Assembly (NCBI GenBank): GCA_903824515.1
Contig: CAIJXA010000074.1
Location: 1-16,687 of the forward strand
DNA length: 16,687 nucleotides
Direction: 5' to 3'
DNA from: an uncultured bacterium
GTDB lineage: Bacteria > Patescibacteriota > Minisyncoccia > Moranbacterales > GWC2-37-73
Shown here: positions 1 through 7,591 of the stretch, piece after piece
Position numbering within the stretch: position 1 is the first letter of the stretch
Layout of the letters: every line of letters begins with the position of its first letter
Translations under genes and position numbers: made by a program
The notes under the pieces: generated by a model
Told to the model about the DNA's origin: nothing
Databases searched by the model: none
What the model saw: only the letters and a program-made list of their open reading frames with translations

Positions 1-3
1 AAA

Positions 4-29
4 CCGACATCAAAAATGTCGGTTTTTTT
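4..29 (+). terminator. Intrinsic terminator of an upstream (off-window) + strand gene
   Basis: Hairpin CCGACAT / loop CAAAA / ATGTCGG (4-22) followed by a T7 run (23-29). Confidence 0.6.
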
Positions 30-53
30 GTTGCCAAAATTTTAGTCAAAAAA

Positions 54-139
54 TCGCAATTGCGACAAATTGACCAACGCTGTGGCAAAAAAGCCGGCCA
101 GCAACATTGCAACCATATGCATATGACTCAATTTGCAAT
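54..139. promoter_or_regulatory. Cluster of perfect palindromes (candidate operator sites) in the long upstream region of the SPFH-like gene
   Basis: TCGCAATTGCGA (54-65) is a perfect 12-bp palindrome. CATATGCATATG (114-125) is a perfect 12-bp palindrome flanked by inverted ATTGCAA (106-112) / TTGCAAT (133-139). Confidence 0.3.
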
Positions 140-319
140 GTCTGGTGAAAATTTTATTTTTCGCCGCAAATTTTAAAAATAATTTTGGCTTATTTTAAGT
201 ACTTTTTGGCATTTTTGAATGCATTTTTGGGTGCAAAAACTTGACAAAAGCTTGAAAGTGTGCAATGCTCAAGTTTAAGTTTCTTGACAATCCATTTGTT
301 TGACGCTCTGCTTTTTGCT

Positions 320-366
320 GACCGCATTTTCATTGGAACGAGCTTCGCTCCTGTGAAAATGCGGTC
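320..366. promoter_or_regulatory. 13-bp perfect inverted repeat (GACCGCATTTTCA ... TGAAAATGCGGTC) with 21-nt spacer, about 50 nt upstream of the start codon at 414
   Basis: Read directly from the sequence. No T-run follows, so it is not a terminator. Candidate regulator-binding site or 5'-UTR stem-loop. Confidence 0.35.
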
Positions 367-413
367 ATAGTGATCGCAGGAATGCAAACAAACAATAAAC
401 AAGTGAGGTAAAT

Positions 414-1625
414 GTGAAAAAAAATGTGCTTTGGCGTGTGGTTTTGTCAGTACTTGTCTTCATTCTTTATGGATGGACAAATTATCTGGCGACACCAATC
501 GGAACGATTGCATCAGGAAACATTGCGGGAAAACAATTTGACAACAGCGATGCTGCCTATGTTACAACCCTTGTCGGAATGGACATGTTCAGCAATCTGC
601 ACGTACCATTTTTTCTCGTGCTTTTGGTCTTGATGGCGATCTGGTGGAAACCAGCCGCAAATCTGATTCGGAAATCAGGAGTCACGGCGATCCCGATTAT
701 TCTATTGTCATTAATGAGCTTTGCACCTAAAAACGCAAGTGCTTATTACGACAAACAGAACTGGGCGGAACCTATTTTTATCCTGCCAAATGAGTCGGCT
801 TTCTTTCTTAAAGAAGTTGGTGAAAACAGGGGGAATCAGACTCGTCTGAACTCAGAAGCATATCTTGCACAGAACGAGATCGCTGCAAAGCGTTACAACA
901 TTCCGCATGCAAAACTTCCGAACTCAGCATGGCTTGGTGACTTCTATGTGCCAACTGGTCGCTTAATAATTCTCGACAGGACTCCGTATACTCGCGAATG
1001 GGTCAAGGATGCCATGCGTGGAACGTCCAAACGCGATGAGTCATTCCACATGCAAACGAGAGACGGAATGAACTCAACAGTTGGCCTGGCCGTTGGGGCT
1101 TCTATAGACCCAGCAAATGCTCCTGGCTTTCTGTATCGTTTTGGGGTTAACGCTCCAGCAGGTTCCCGTACTGATCCGAAGGTAATTTTTACTTCAGTTT
1201 ATTACGGACGTAGTCTGGCTCAAATCATGGACACTGTGGTGAGAAACAAAGTCCAGCAATTGTTGAGTGCTCAGTATTCGAAGCGCACCTTTGACGAAGC
1301 AAATGCACAACTGCCAGAAATTATTGCCTCGGTTGAAAAAGACTTGCAAATCTGGGCAAAAACCATTGGTATCACCATTGATTTCCTCGGTTTGGCCGAT
1401 ACAGTGGAGTTTGATCCTGATGTGCAACAAGCGATCAACCGCGCTTATGTAGCAAAAACGCTTGCCCCAGGAGTTGGTACATTGGAACGCATGGCCGTAA
1501 TCAATGCAATGGAACATCGCTGGAACGGATGGCTTCCATGGACGCCATCGAGCCTTGGGGATATTTTCCGCAACATTTTCGGAATTAAATCCACGGCTCC
1601 AGCACCAGCCAAGGTAAGAAAGTAA
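414..1625 (+). CDS. Membrane protein with SPFH/band-7 (stomatin/prohibitin/HflK-C)-like domain
   Basis: 403-aa ORF with GTG start 5 nt after GAGG (405-408). Two N-terminal hydrophobic helices. The C-terminal region ITIDFLGLADTVEFDPDVQQAINRAYVAK resembles the SPFH pattern (GI.I..v.i.di..P.eVq.Ai....A). Family call is from motif reading only. Confidence 0.5.
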   Translation: MKKNVLWRVVLSVLVFILYGWTNYLATPIGTIASGNIAGKQFDNSDAAYVTTLVGMDMFSNLHVPFFLVLLVLMAIWWKPAANLIRKSGVTAIPIILLSLMSFAPKNASAYYDKQNWAEPIFILPNESAFFLKEVGENRGNQTRLNSEAYLAQNEIAAKRYNIPHAKLPNSAWLGDFYVPTGRLIILDRTPYTREWVKDAMRGTSKRDESFHMQTRDGMNSTVGLAVGASIDPANAPGFLYRFGVNAPAGSRTDPKVIFTSVYYGRSLAQIMDTVVRNKVQQLLSAQYSKRTFDEANAQLPEIIASVEKDLQIWAKTIGITIDFLGLADTVEFDPDVQQAINRAYVAKTLAPGVGTLERMAVINAMEHRWNGWLPWTPSSLGDIFRNIFGIKSTAPAPAKVRK

Positions 1626-1652
1626 AGAAGTAAAAAGCTACATTAACCCAAG

Positions 1653-1692
1653 AGGGCTCTCATTATCTGATGCAGAGCCCTTTAACCTTTTT
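1653..1692 (+). terminator. Intrinsic terminator after the SPFH-like gene
   Basis: 8-bp stem AGGGCTCT (1653-1660) / AGAGCCCT (1674-1681) with a 13-nt loop, followed by TTAACCTTTTT. Confidence 0.5.
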
Positions 1693-1877
1693 AGGGGACA
1701 AAAATGCTAGAAATAATTTTCAATATTCCCTCTTTTCCAAAACTATGCTACAATCAAAATACTAAGATATCTTGCAAAACCCAATGGCTGAGTCCCTGGG
1801 GGATGAAGATACTAAAACCATGAAAACTATTGATTCTACAATTATTACTGTGCGTATTTTATAGCCCGCTATTTATA

Positions 1878-2023
1878 GTGTGGTTTTTTAATTTTCAATT
1901 TTAAATTTAAAATTTTTAAACAATTCTCAAATATCAAATTTTAAAATTTTTAATTTCAGCTAAGGGCTGATCCGCCGAGGGCGGACATTTCAAATTTCAA
2001 ATTAAAAATTTCAAATTAATTTT
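1878..2023 (+). promoter_or_regulatory. AT-rich repeated-motif leader upstream of dnaE; shares AATTTTCAATTTTAAAT and AAATTTCAAATTTCAAATT motifs with the thrS upstream region
   Basis: Motifs at 1881-1900 and 1993-2016 recur in the same order at 10990-11012 and 11072-11092. A small GC hairpin TCCGCC-GAG-GGCGGA (about 1961-1975) is embedded. No SD precedes the dnaE ATG. Confidence 0.4.
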
Positions 2024-5000
2024 ATGAAATATACTCATCTCCACGTTCACTCCCACTATTCCCTGCTTGACGGCTTGGGGAAGATTGACGATTTAATGGA
2101 TCGCGCCAAAGAGCTAGGCATGGATTCGATTGCGCTGACTGATCACGGGGTGATGTATGGGGCGGTGGAACTTTTTATTAAAGCGAAGGAAAAAGGGATT
2201 AAGCCAATTATTGGCTGCGAGATGTATATTACGCCGAACGATTTGCATAGTAAAAATCCGATTGCCGAAGACCGCAAACGTCATCATTTAATTTTACTGG
2301 TTAAAAACGAGGAAGGTTATCATAATTTAATGAAGCTCGTTTCTATCGCGCATTTAGAAGGCTTTTACTATAAACCGCGCATCGACCGCAAAGTTTTGCG
2401 TCAATATGCCAAAGGTCTCATTGGACTTTCCGCTTGCGTGGAAGGAGAAATTCCTTCGCAAATTGTGATGGGAAATTATGACAAAGCCAAGCAGCTGGCT
2501 TTGGAATATCAGGATATTTTTGACAAAGATGGTTTTTTCTTGGAAGTTCAAAGTCACACCAAATTTTCCAATCAAGCCATTGCTAACGAAGGAATTTTCA
2601 AACTGGGAAAAGAATTGAACATTCCGGTCGTGGCAACTTGCGACGTGCACTATGTCAACAAAGAAGACGCCAGCGCTCAGGACATTTTGCTTTGCGTGCA
2701 AACTAATCGCAAAGTGGATGAAGTTGATCGCATGAATTTGATGGACTTTGATTTATCCTTGCGCAGCCCCGAGGAAGTCCTGGCGGGTTTTCCAGAAAAC
2801 CCAGAGGTGCTTTCAAACACGCAACTCGTGGTTGATCAATGTGATTTCAAATTGAAACTCGGCGAAACCCAACTCCCTCATTTTGATGTGCCTGAAGGTC
2901 ACACTGCAACATCATATTTGGTTGAACTTTGCGAAAAAGGTTTGAAGAAAAAATACAAAGTTGAAGAAATCACCGATGTGCATCGCGAGCGCATGGCCTA
3001 TGAACTTTCCGTGATTGAAAAATGCGGTTACGCTTCTTACTTTTTAATTGTGCAGGATTTCGTTAATTGGGCTAAGGACAACGGCATCATTGTTGGACCT
3101 GGACGCGGAAGTGCGGCCGGCAGTTTCATTTCCTATCTCACGGGAATCACCAACGTTGATCCAATTGAATATAATTTACTGTTCGAAAGATTCCTCAATC
3201 CAGAACGAGTCTCCATGCCTGATGTTGATATGGACTTTGCGGATAATCGTCGCGACGACGTGCTGAATTATGTTCGCCAAAAATATGGCAATGACCACGT
3301 TTCCCAAATTATTACCTTTGGAACCATGGCTGCCCGGGCTGCCATTCGCGACACTGGACGCGCCTTGGGATTTCCTTACGATTTTTGCAATAAAACTTCG
3401 CAGATGATTCCGATGTTCACTTCCATCAAAAAAGCCATTGAAGAAGTCCCCGAATTTAAAGAGCTTTATCACAATAACAAGGATGGAAAAAAATTAATTG
3501 ATAGTGCTATGCGTTTAGAGGGCGTTATTCGTCATGCTGGGATGCATGCTTGCGGAGTCGTGATTACGAAAGAACCCGTGACCTATTATTCCCCGATTCA
3601 GAATATCACCGGCTCGCGCGAAGGCACGGTAACGCAATACTCTTCTTCGACTAAATCTTCTTACGTGGAAAAAATTGGCCTGCTTAAGATGGACTTTTTA
3701 GGGCTCAAGAATCTCACCATTATTCAAGACACCCTGCGGATTGCTAAAAAAATTCATGGCGTTGACATTGATATTGATACCATTCCCATTGATGATCCGG
3801 AGGCTTTTAAGCTCCTCCAAGAAGCCCGCACGACCGGCGTTTTTCAATTAGAAAGTTCCGGCATGAAGCGTTATTTAAAATTATTGAAGCCAACCGTGAT
3901 TGAAGATATTATCGCAATGGTAGCGCTTTATCGCCCAGGACCAATGGATTGGATTCCAGATTTCATCTCTGGCAAGCACGGACGCAAAATCAAATATGTG
4001 CATCCAAAACTAGAACCAATTCTAGCCAATACTTACGGCGTCGCCGTTTATCAAGAACAAGTTATGCAAATTGCGCGCGACCTAGCCGGCTTTACCATGG
4101 GCGAAGCTGACGTCTTGCGTAAGGCAATGGGTAAGAAAATTTTTGAACTGATCAAAGAACAAAAAATTAAATTTGTCGAAGGATGCATCACTAACGGCAG
4201 CACAAAAGAAATTGCCGAAAAAGTTTTTTCTTTCATCGAACCTTTTGCGGGCTATGGTTTCAACCGCTCCCATGCTGCTTGCTATGCAATTATTGGTTAT
4301 CAAACTGCCTATCTCAAAGCCCACTATCCAGCTGCCTTCATGGCTGCGTTGCTGACCTCTGACCAGGACAACATTGACCGCATTGCCATTGAAGCAAGCG
4401 AGTGTCGAGAAATGGGCATCCAAGTTTTGGCACCAGATGTCAACGAAAGTTTTGAAGATTTTGCTGTGATTACTGAAGAAGATGGTTCTCAAAGAATTAG
4501 ATTCGGATTCAATGCCATCAAAAACGTGGGGCATGTCATTGCGCACGAAATTGTGGAAGAAAGAAAACGTGGTGGCAAATTCAAATCCTTGGCTGATTTT
4601 CTCACTAGAGTTGAAACGAAGGATCTCAACAAAAAATCCATTGACGCACTCGCCAAAGTTGGTGCACTCGACGAGCTCGGAGAACGAAATCAAATCATTG
4701 AAAGTATGGAACAAATTTTGATGTTCACCAAAAGCATGCAAAAACAAAAAAATTCCAACCAAGTCAGTCTATTTGGACAAGCAATTTTGGAAACTCCAAC
4801 CGTACCCTTGATTGAAACCCAGCCGGCCAGCAAACGCCAACAATTGCGTTGGGAAAAAGAATTGCTTGGTCTTTATGTTAGCGGACATCCAGCTCAGGAA
4901 TATCAGGGCTACATTGAAAAAGTGGCCGTGCCTTTGGACAAACTTTCCAAAGAAATGGTTGGTCAAAAAATTGCAGTCGGCGGTGTCATCCAAAAAGTGC

Positions 5001-5638
5001 AAAAGATTCTGACCAAGCGCCAAGAAACCATGCTCTTTGTGATGCTGGAGGACATGAAAGGCAAAATCGAAATTTTGGTTTTTCCAAAAGTGTTGGAAAA
5101 AATGGGCAGCGCTTGGGAAGAAGAAAAAATGATTATCGCTGAAGGAAAACTTTCCGACAAAGACGGCGCTTATAAATTAATTTGCGACGAAGTCCGTAAT
5201 CTTGACCGCAATGAAATCGAAAATTATTTGCGCGTTGAGGCCACCAAAAAAACTTACGCCAATAAAAATGATGATGAAAATCCTCACGGCGGAGCTGGCG
5301 TGGTCAATGACCAACATAGTTCAGTAATCAGTAACCAGTCATCAGTAACTAGTCACCAGAATTCAACAAACAATAATCCAGCACTTCTAGAGGCTGAGCC
5401 CCTAAAAGCTAGCGAAGCTAAAAGCTATAAGCTAATTGTGACCCTTCCCCAGGATGCCAATTCTGAAATGATTAGCAAGCTTTCCAAAACTTTCAATACT
5501 TGCCCATCAGGGCAGTGTAAAGTTTTTTTGCATCACCAAGCCAACAAACTTGAAACGCCTTTTTCTATCGAAAGCCAACCAAATATTCTCGATGAAATCA
5601 AAAACATTATTGCCGGAGGAACGGTTGAATTGATTTAA
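2024..5638 (+). CDS. dnaE: DNA polymerase III alpha subunit (DnaE), with C-terminal extension
   Basis: 1204-aa ORF. N-terminal PHP domain HLHVHSHYSLLDG, polymerase core motifs (e.g. GCITNGSTKEIAEKVFSFIEPFAGYGFNRSHAACYAIIGYQTAYLKAHYP) and an OB-fold region near aa 980-1060. About 145 extra residues lie after the OB fold. Confidence 0.95.
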   Translation: MKYTHLHVHSHYSLLDGLGKIDDLMDRAKELGMDSIALTDHGVMYGAVELFIKAKEKGIKPIIGCEMYITPNDLHSKNPIAEDRKRHHLILLVKNEEGYHNLMKLVSIAHLEGFYYKPRIDRKVLRQYAKGLIGLSACVEGEIPSQIVMGNYDKAKQLALEYQDIFDKDGFFLEVQSHTKFSNQAIANEGIFKLGKELNIPVVATCDVHYVNKEDASAQDILLCVQTNRKVDEVDRMNLMDFDLSLRSPEEVLAGFPENPEVLSNTQLVVDQCDFKLKLGETQLPHFDVPEGHTATSYLVELCEKGLKKKYKVEEITDVHRERMAYELSVIEKCGYASYFLIVQDFVNWAKDNGIIVGPGRGSAAGSFISYLTGITNVDPIEYNLLFERFLNPERVSMPDVDMDFADNRRDDVLNYVRQKYGNDHVSQIITFGTMAARAAIRDTGRALGFPYDFCNKTSQMIPMFTSIKKAIEEVPEFKELYHNNKDGKKLIDSAMRLEGVIRHAGMHACGVVITKEPVTYYSPIQNITGSREGTVTQYSSSTKSSYVEKIGLLKMDFLGLKNLTIIQDTLRIAKKIHGVDIDIDTIPIDDPEAFKLLQEARTTGVFQLESSGMKRYLKLLKPTVIEDIIAMVALYRPGPMDWIPDFISGKHGRKIKYVHPKLEPILANTYGVAVYQEQVMQIARDLAGFTMGEADVLRKAMGKKIFELIKEQKIKFVEGCITNGSTKEIAEKVFSFIEPFAGYGFNRSHAACYAIIGYQTAYLKAHYPAAFMAALLTSDQDNIDRIAIEASECREMGIQVLAPDVNESFEDFAVITEEDGSQRIRFGFNAIKNVGHVIAHEIVEERKRGGKFKSLADFLTRVETKDLNKKSIDALAKVGALDELGERNQIIESMEQILMFTKSMQKQKNSNQVSLFGQAILETPTVPLIETQPASKRQQLRWEKELLGLYVSGHPAQEYQGYIEKVAVPLDKLSKEMVGQKIAVGGVIQKVQKILTKRQETMLFVMLEDMKGKIEILVFPKVLEKMGSAWEEEKMIIAEGKLSDKDGAYKLICDEVRNLDRNEIENYLRVEATKKTYANKNDDENPHGGAGVVNDQHSSVISNQSSVTSHQNSTNNNPALLEAEPLKASEAKSYKLIVTLPQDANSEMISKLSKTFNTCPSGQCKVFLHHQANKLETPFSIESQPNILDEIKNIIAGGTVELI
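5317..5365 (+). repeat. Seven tandem heptamers (TAGTTCA GTAATCA GTAACCA GTCATCA GTAACTA GTCACCA GAATTCA) inside the dnaE 3' region
   Basis: Read directly from the sequence. Encodes the low-complexity stretch HSSVISNQSSVTSHQNS in the DnaE C-terminal extension. Confidence 0.7.
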
Positions 5639-5673
5639 ATAGCTAGCTTATTAGCTTTTCAGGAGAATAAAGA

Positions 5674-5712
5674 ATAAAAAAAATCACCACAATTTGAAGT
5701 GGTGATTTTTGA
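5674..5712. terminator. Bidirectional intrinsic terminator between convergent dnaE (+) and the 5720-6784 (-) gene
   Basis: A-run 5674-5683, then 9-bp stem AATCACCAC (5682-5690) / GTGGTGATT (5699-5707) with loop AATTTGAA, then a T5 run. Confidence 0.7.
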
Positions 5713-5719
5713 TTTAACA

Positions 5720-6784
5720 TTAATAGGTAGCTAACCGTTCTTTATCTTTAGAATCTGACCCGTCACCTAACCCATCCGTACATGGCATTCCTTTTCCTAT
5801 TTTCCGAGATTCAAGAATCGAACATTGAATCAAACCGGAATAGGGTTTTGATATCACCTCTGCTTTTTTCCCATCGAAATAATAATATGATGGATCAGTT
5901 GTTAGCCTATAAACAGTATGATCTGGACTGACATCTAAAATAGTCATCTCATCTCGCTCTGGGTATTTAGCTGCGGAAGGATTTGCCTTGAAATTCATAA
6001 CATCATAAAACTTATCATACCAGCTACTGGCTTTTCCACAGGTAAGCGTGACATTTCCAGACCCTTGAGAACCACCGCCATTTTCAGCGCTATTCAAGGA
6101 AATAAGATAAAATCCGTTTTCGCTCTTTAGAGAGAAAGAGCCAATAGTATCTTCAATCGGCACTAGCAATCGCGAATCGTATATTGATTGAAACGGCATG
6201 GTATTCAATGTATCTGTAACTAGACCAAGTTTTTCTGCTTCATCTTTTATTGATTTACCAATATTATCAGCATCCTTTTTCATGATTGACTTGTAAGATT
6301 CATAAGATTCACGGTGATCCACCGAAACAGGGTCATAAGGGTCATAAGTATCGTACTCAAACGTCCAGCTAGCTACACCTGGATAACCCACAAAAGGTTC
6401 ACTAGCCTTTCTTTTCCACCACAATAATTTAGGAGTACCTGCCGGATAGCTCCATTGACCATCATAAAGATTCCATTTACCGTCAGGTGTAACAATGTTC
6501 CTCAAAACATATTCTTTAATTGCTTCAAAATCTTTGCACGTTCCTGGTTCCACGGCAGGTTTGATATTTGAAACATCCGTAGTCACCGTTTGAAGATTTT
6601 GCTGATTGCTACTTTCTGGAGAACTATTCTCCACTGACTGTTCACTTGTTTGCGCAACTGACGCAGCGGGTTGATTTATCGGCGCTGGCGCTTTTTTCAG
6701 AAAAATATTTTCAAACACAACTCCTGTCGCCACAAGAATCAAAATAATGATTGCAATCTCAATGGTTTTTTTGTTGATGCTCAT
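5720..6784 (-). CDS. Hypothetical membrane-anchored or secreted protein (N-terminal signal-anchor helix, S/Q/N-rich linker, Cys-containing globular domain)
   Basis: 354-aa ORF. N-terminus KKTIEIAIIILILVATGVVF is hydrophobic, followed by a low-complexity linker. No recognisable family. A TATAAT-like box (TCGGTATAATG on the minus strand) lies about 35 nt upstream of the ATG. Confidence 0.6.
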   Translation of the reverse strand: MSINKKTIEIAIIILILVATGVVFENIFLKKAPAPINQPAASVAQTSEQSVENSSPESSNQQNLQTVTTDVSNIKPAVEPGTCKDFEAIKEYVLRNIVTPDGKWNLYDGQWSYPAGTPKLLWWKRKASEPFVGYPGVASWTFEYDTYDPYDPVSVDHRESYESYKSIMKKDADNIGKSIKDEAEKLGLVTDTLNTMPFQSIYDSRLLVPIEDTIGSFSLKSENGFYLISLNSAENGGGSQGSGNVTLTCGKASSWYDKFYDVMNFKANPSAAKYPERDEMTILDVSPDHTVYRLTTDPSYYYFDGKKAEVISKPYSGLIQCSILESRKIGKGMPCTDGLGDGSDSKDKERLATY

Positions 6785-6818
6785 TTTTGTTTTTTAAGAT
6801 TTATACAAACATTATACC

Positions 6819-6836
6819 GAGAAGAAGAAGAAGAAG
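6819..6836. repeat. (GAA)n trinucleotide microsatellite in the 6785-6901 intergenic region
   Basis: GAGAAGAAGAAGAAGAAG read directly from the sequence. Confidence 0.8.
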
Positions 6837-6857
6837 TTATCCACAACTCCAAAAATT

Positions 6858-6901
6858 AAAAAAACCACAAATCATACGACCGCTAGTAATTTGGTATTTT
6901 C
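6858..6901 (-). repeat. Copy 1 of a 44-bp direct repeat (AAAAAACCACAAATCATACGACCGCT(A/G)GTA-TTTGGT-TTTT), immediately 3' of the PaaX-like gene; terminator-like on the minus strand
   Basis: A 26-nt core is identical to 7485-7510. On the minus strand it folds as ACCAAAT...ATTTGTGGT (bulged stem) followed by TTTTTTT. Confidence 0.6.
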
Positions 6902-7465
6902 TTATTTTAACTTCAATTTAAAGTGCAGACACAATCCTGCTTCGTTTGTGAGATTCATTGCATCTCCGCACCTGACAAATCTGCGAATTTCATAAAACTC
7001 AACAATAAAGTTTATTTCATCTAGGCATGGATAAGGATGCACAAAAACAGATTTTTGAAGTTCAAAAAAATTTAACTCTTTCAGTTTTTCTCGTAGTACG
7101 TCCCGCCTATATTTCAGTTTTTCTGGGACATCAAACATAACGAGTCGCCACTTCCCGTCCCAATGAGATGGCTTCTTTATTTTTATTTGATGAATATGAA
7201 AATCCAAAATTTTCTTTTTGCCTTTCTCGGTGATCACAATCTTCACCGAGCCATCGGAGTTTTTGATGCCCCTAACTAATCTTTGTTGATAAAATTCCCG
7301 CACTGTGCGACGAAGATAATTTTCATCGATTGATTTCCAATCGCGCTTGGCAATTTTCAGCACCCGAAAATATTGCCTTGGCGATCCAGCTAGCCCAAGC
7401 GCAACGCCCGCTCCTAATAATAAAAGAATTTTTTGTTTTATCGGACTCTGAATTTTTCTACTCAT
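6902..7465 (-). CDS. Short PaaX-family transcriptional regulator (N-terminal wHTH plus PaaX middle/Cas2-like domain, no C-terminal domain)
   Basis: 187-aa ORF. The WDGKWRLVMFDVPEKLKYRRDVLREKLKELNFFELQKSVFVHP segment matches the PaaX WDGKW motif region (E. coli PaaX PAWDGKWLLLLSEGLD...GFGALAPS, quoted from memory). The N-terminus (ILLLLGAGVALGLAGSP...YLRRTVREF...DGSVKIVITEKGKK) looks like a winged helix. Confidence 0.65.
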   Translation of the reverse strand: MSRKIQSPIKQKILLLLGAGVALGLAGSPRQYFRVLKIAKRDWKSIDENYLRRTVREFYQQRLVRGIKNSDGSVKIVITEKGKKKILDFHIHQIKIKKPSHWDGKWRLVMFDVPEKLKYRRDVLREKLKELNFFELQKSVFVHPYPCLDEINFIVEFYEIRRFVRCGDAMNLTNEAGLCLHFKLKLK

Positions 7466-7484
7466 AACAAAAGTATTTTTTTAT

Positions 7485-7527
7485 AAAAAACCACAAATCA
7501 TACGACCGCTGGTATTTTGGTTTTTTC
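7485..7527 (-). repeat. Copy 2 of the 44-bp direct repeat, about 65 nt 3' of the 7592-8791 gene and 20 nt 5' of the PaaX-like start; terminator-like on the minus strand
   Basis: See copy 1. On the minus strand: ACCAAAATACC...ATTTGTGGT followed by TTTTTTAT. Confidence 0.6.
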
Positions 7528-7591
7528 TGTTTTTTATTTTTCTTTTAGCTTAGGCGCTAGTTTCAATTTTCTTAATTATTTCCAAAAAATT

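Noticed and set aside
190-402. 70-aa minus-strand ORF
   Set aside because: It lies entirely within the palindrome- and promoter-rich upstream region of the 414 gene. It has no RBS or promoter context and low-complexity basic content, so it is likely spurious.
424-633. 69-aa + ORF overlapping the start of the SPFH-like gene in another frame
   Set aside because: Shadow ORF inside a much longer, motif-supported CDS.
1741-1870. Possible small peptide or ncRNA in the SPFH-dnaE spacer (14-aa MKTIDSTIITVRIL, AAGATATCTT palindrome)
   Set aside because: No supporting signals beyond a short ORF and a 10-bp palindrome, so it was not called.
4082-4762. 226-aa minus-strand ORF (and other 60-115-aa ORFs at 2354-2701, 3176-3472, 4769-5023, 4963-5160)
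   Set aside because: Antisense or alternate-frame ORFs inside dnaE, whose frame carries unambiguous Pol III alpha motifs.
6858-7527. 44-bp direct repeats as target-site duplications or ends of an IS or MITE
   Set aside because: No transposase or integrase is present. Each copy folds as a hairpin plus U-run on the coding strand and sits at a gene 3' end, so a duplicated terminator module is the simpler reading. The cassette hypothesis is kept as a finding.
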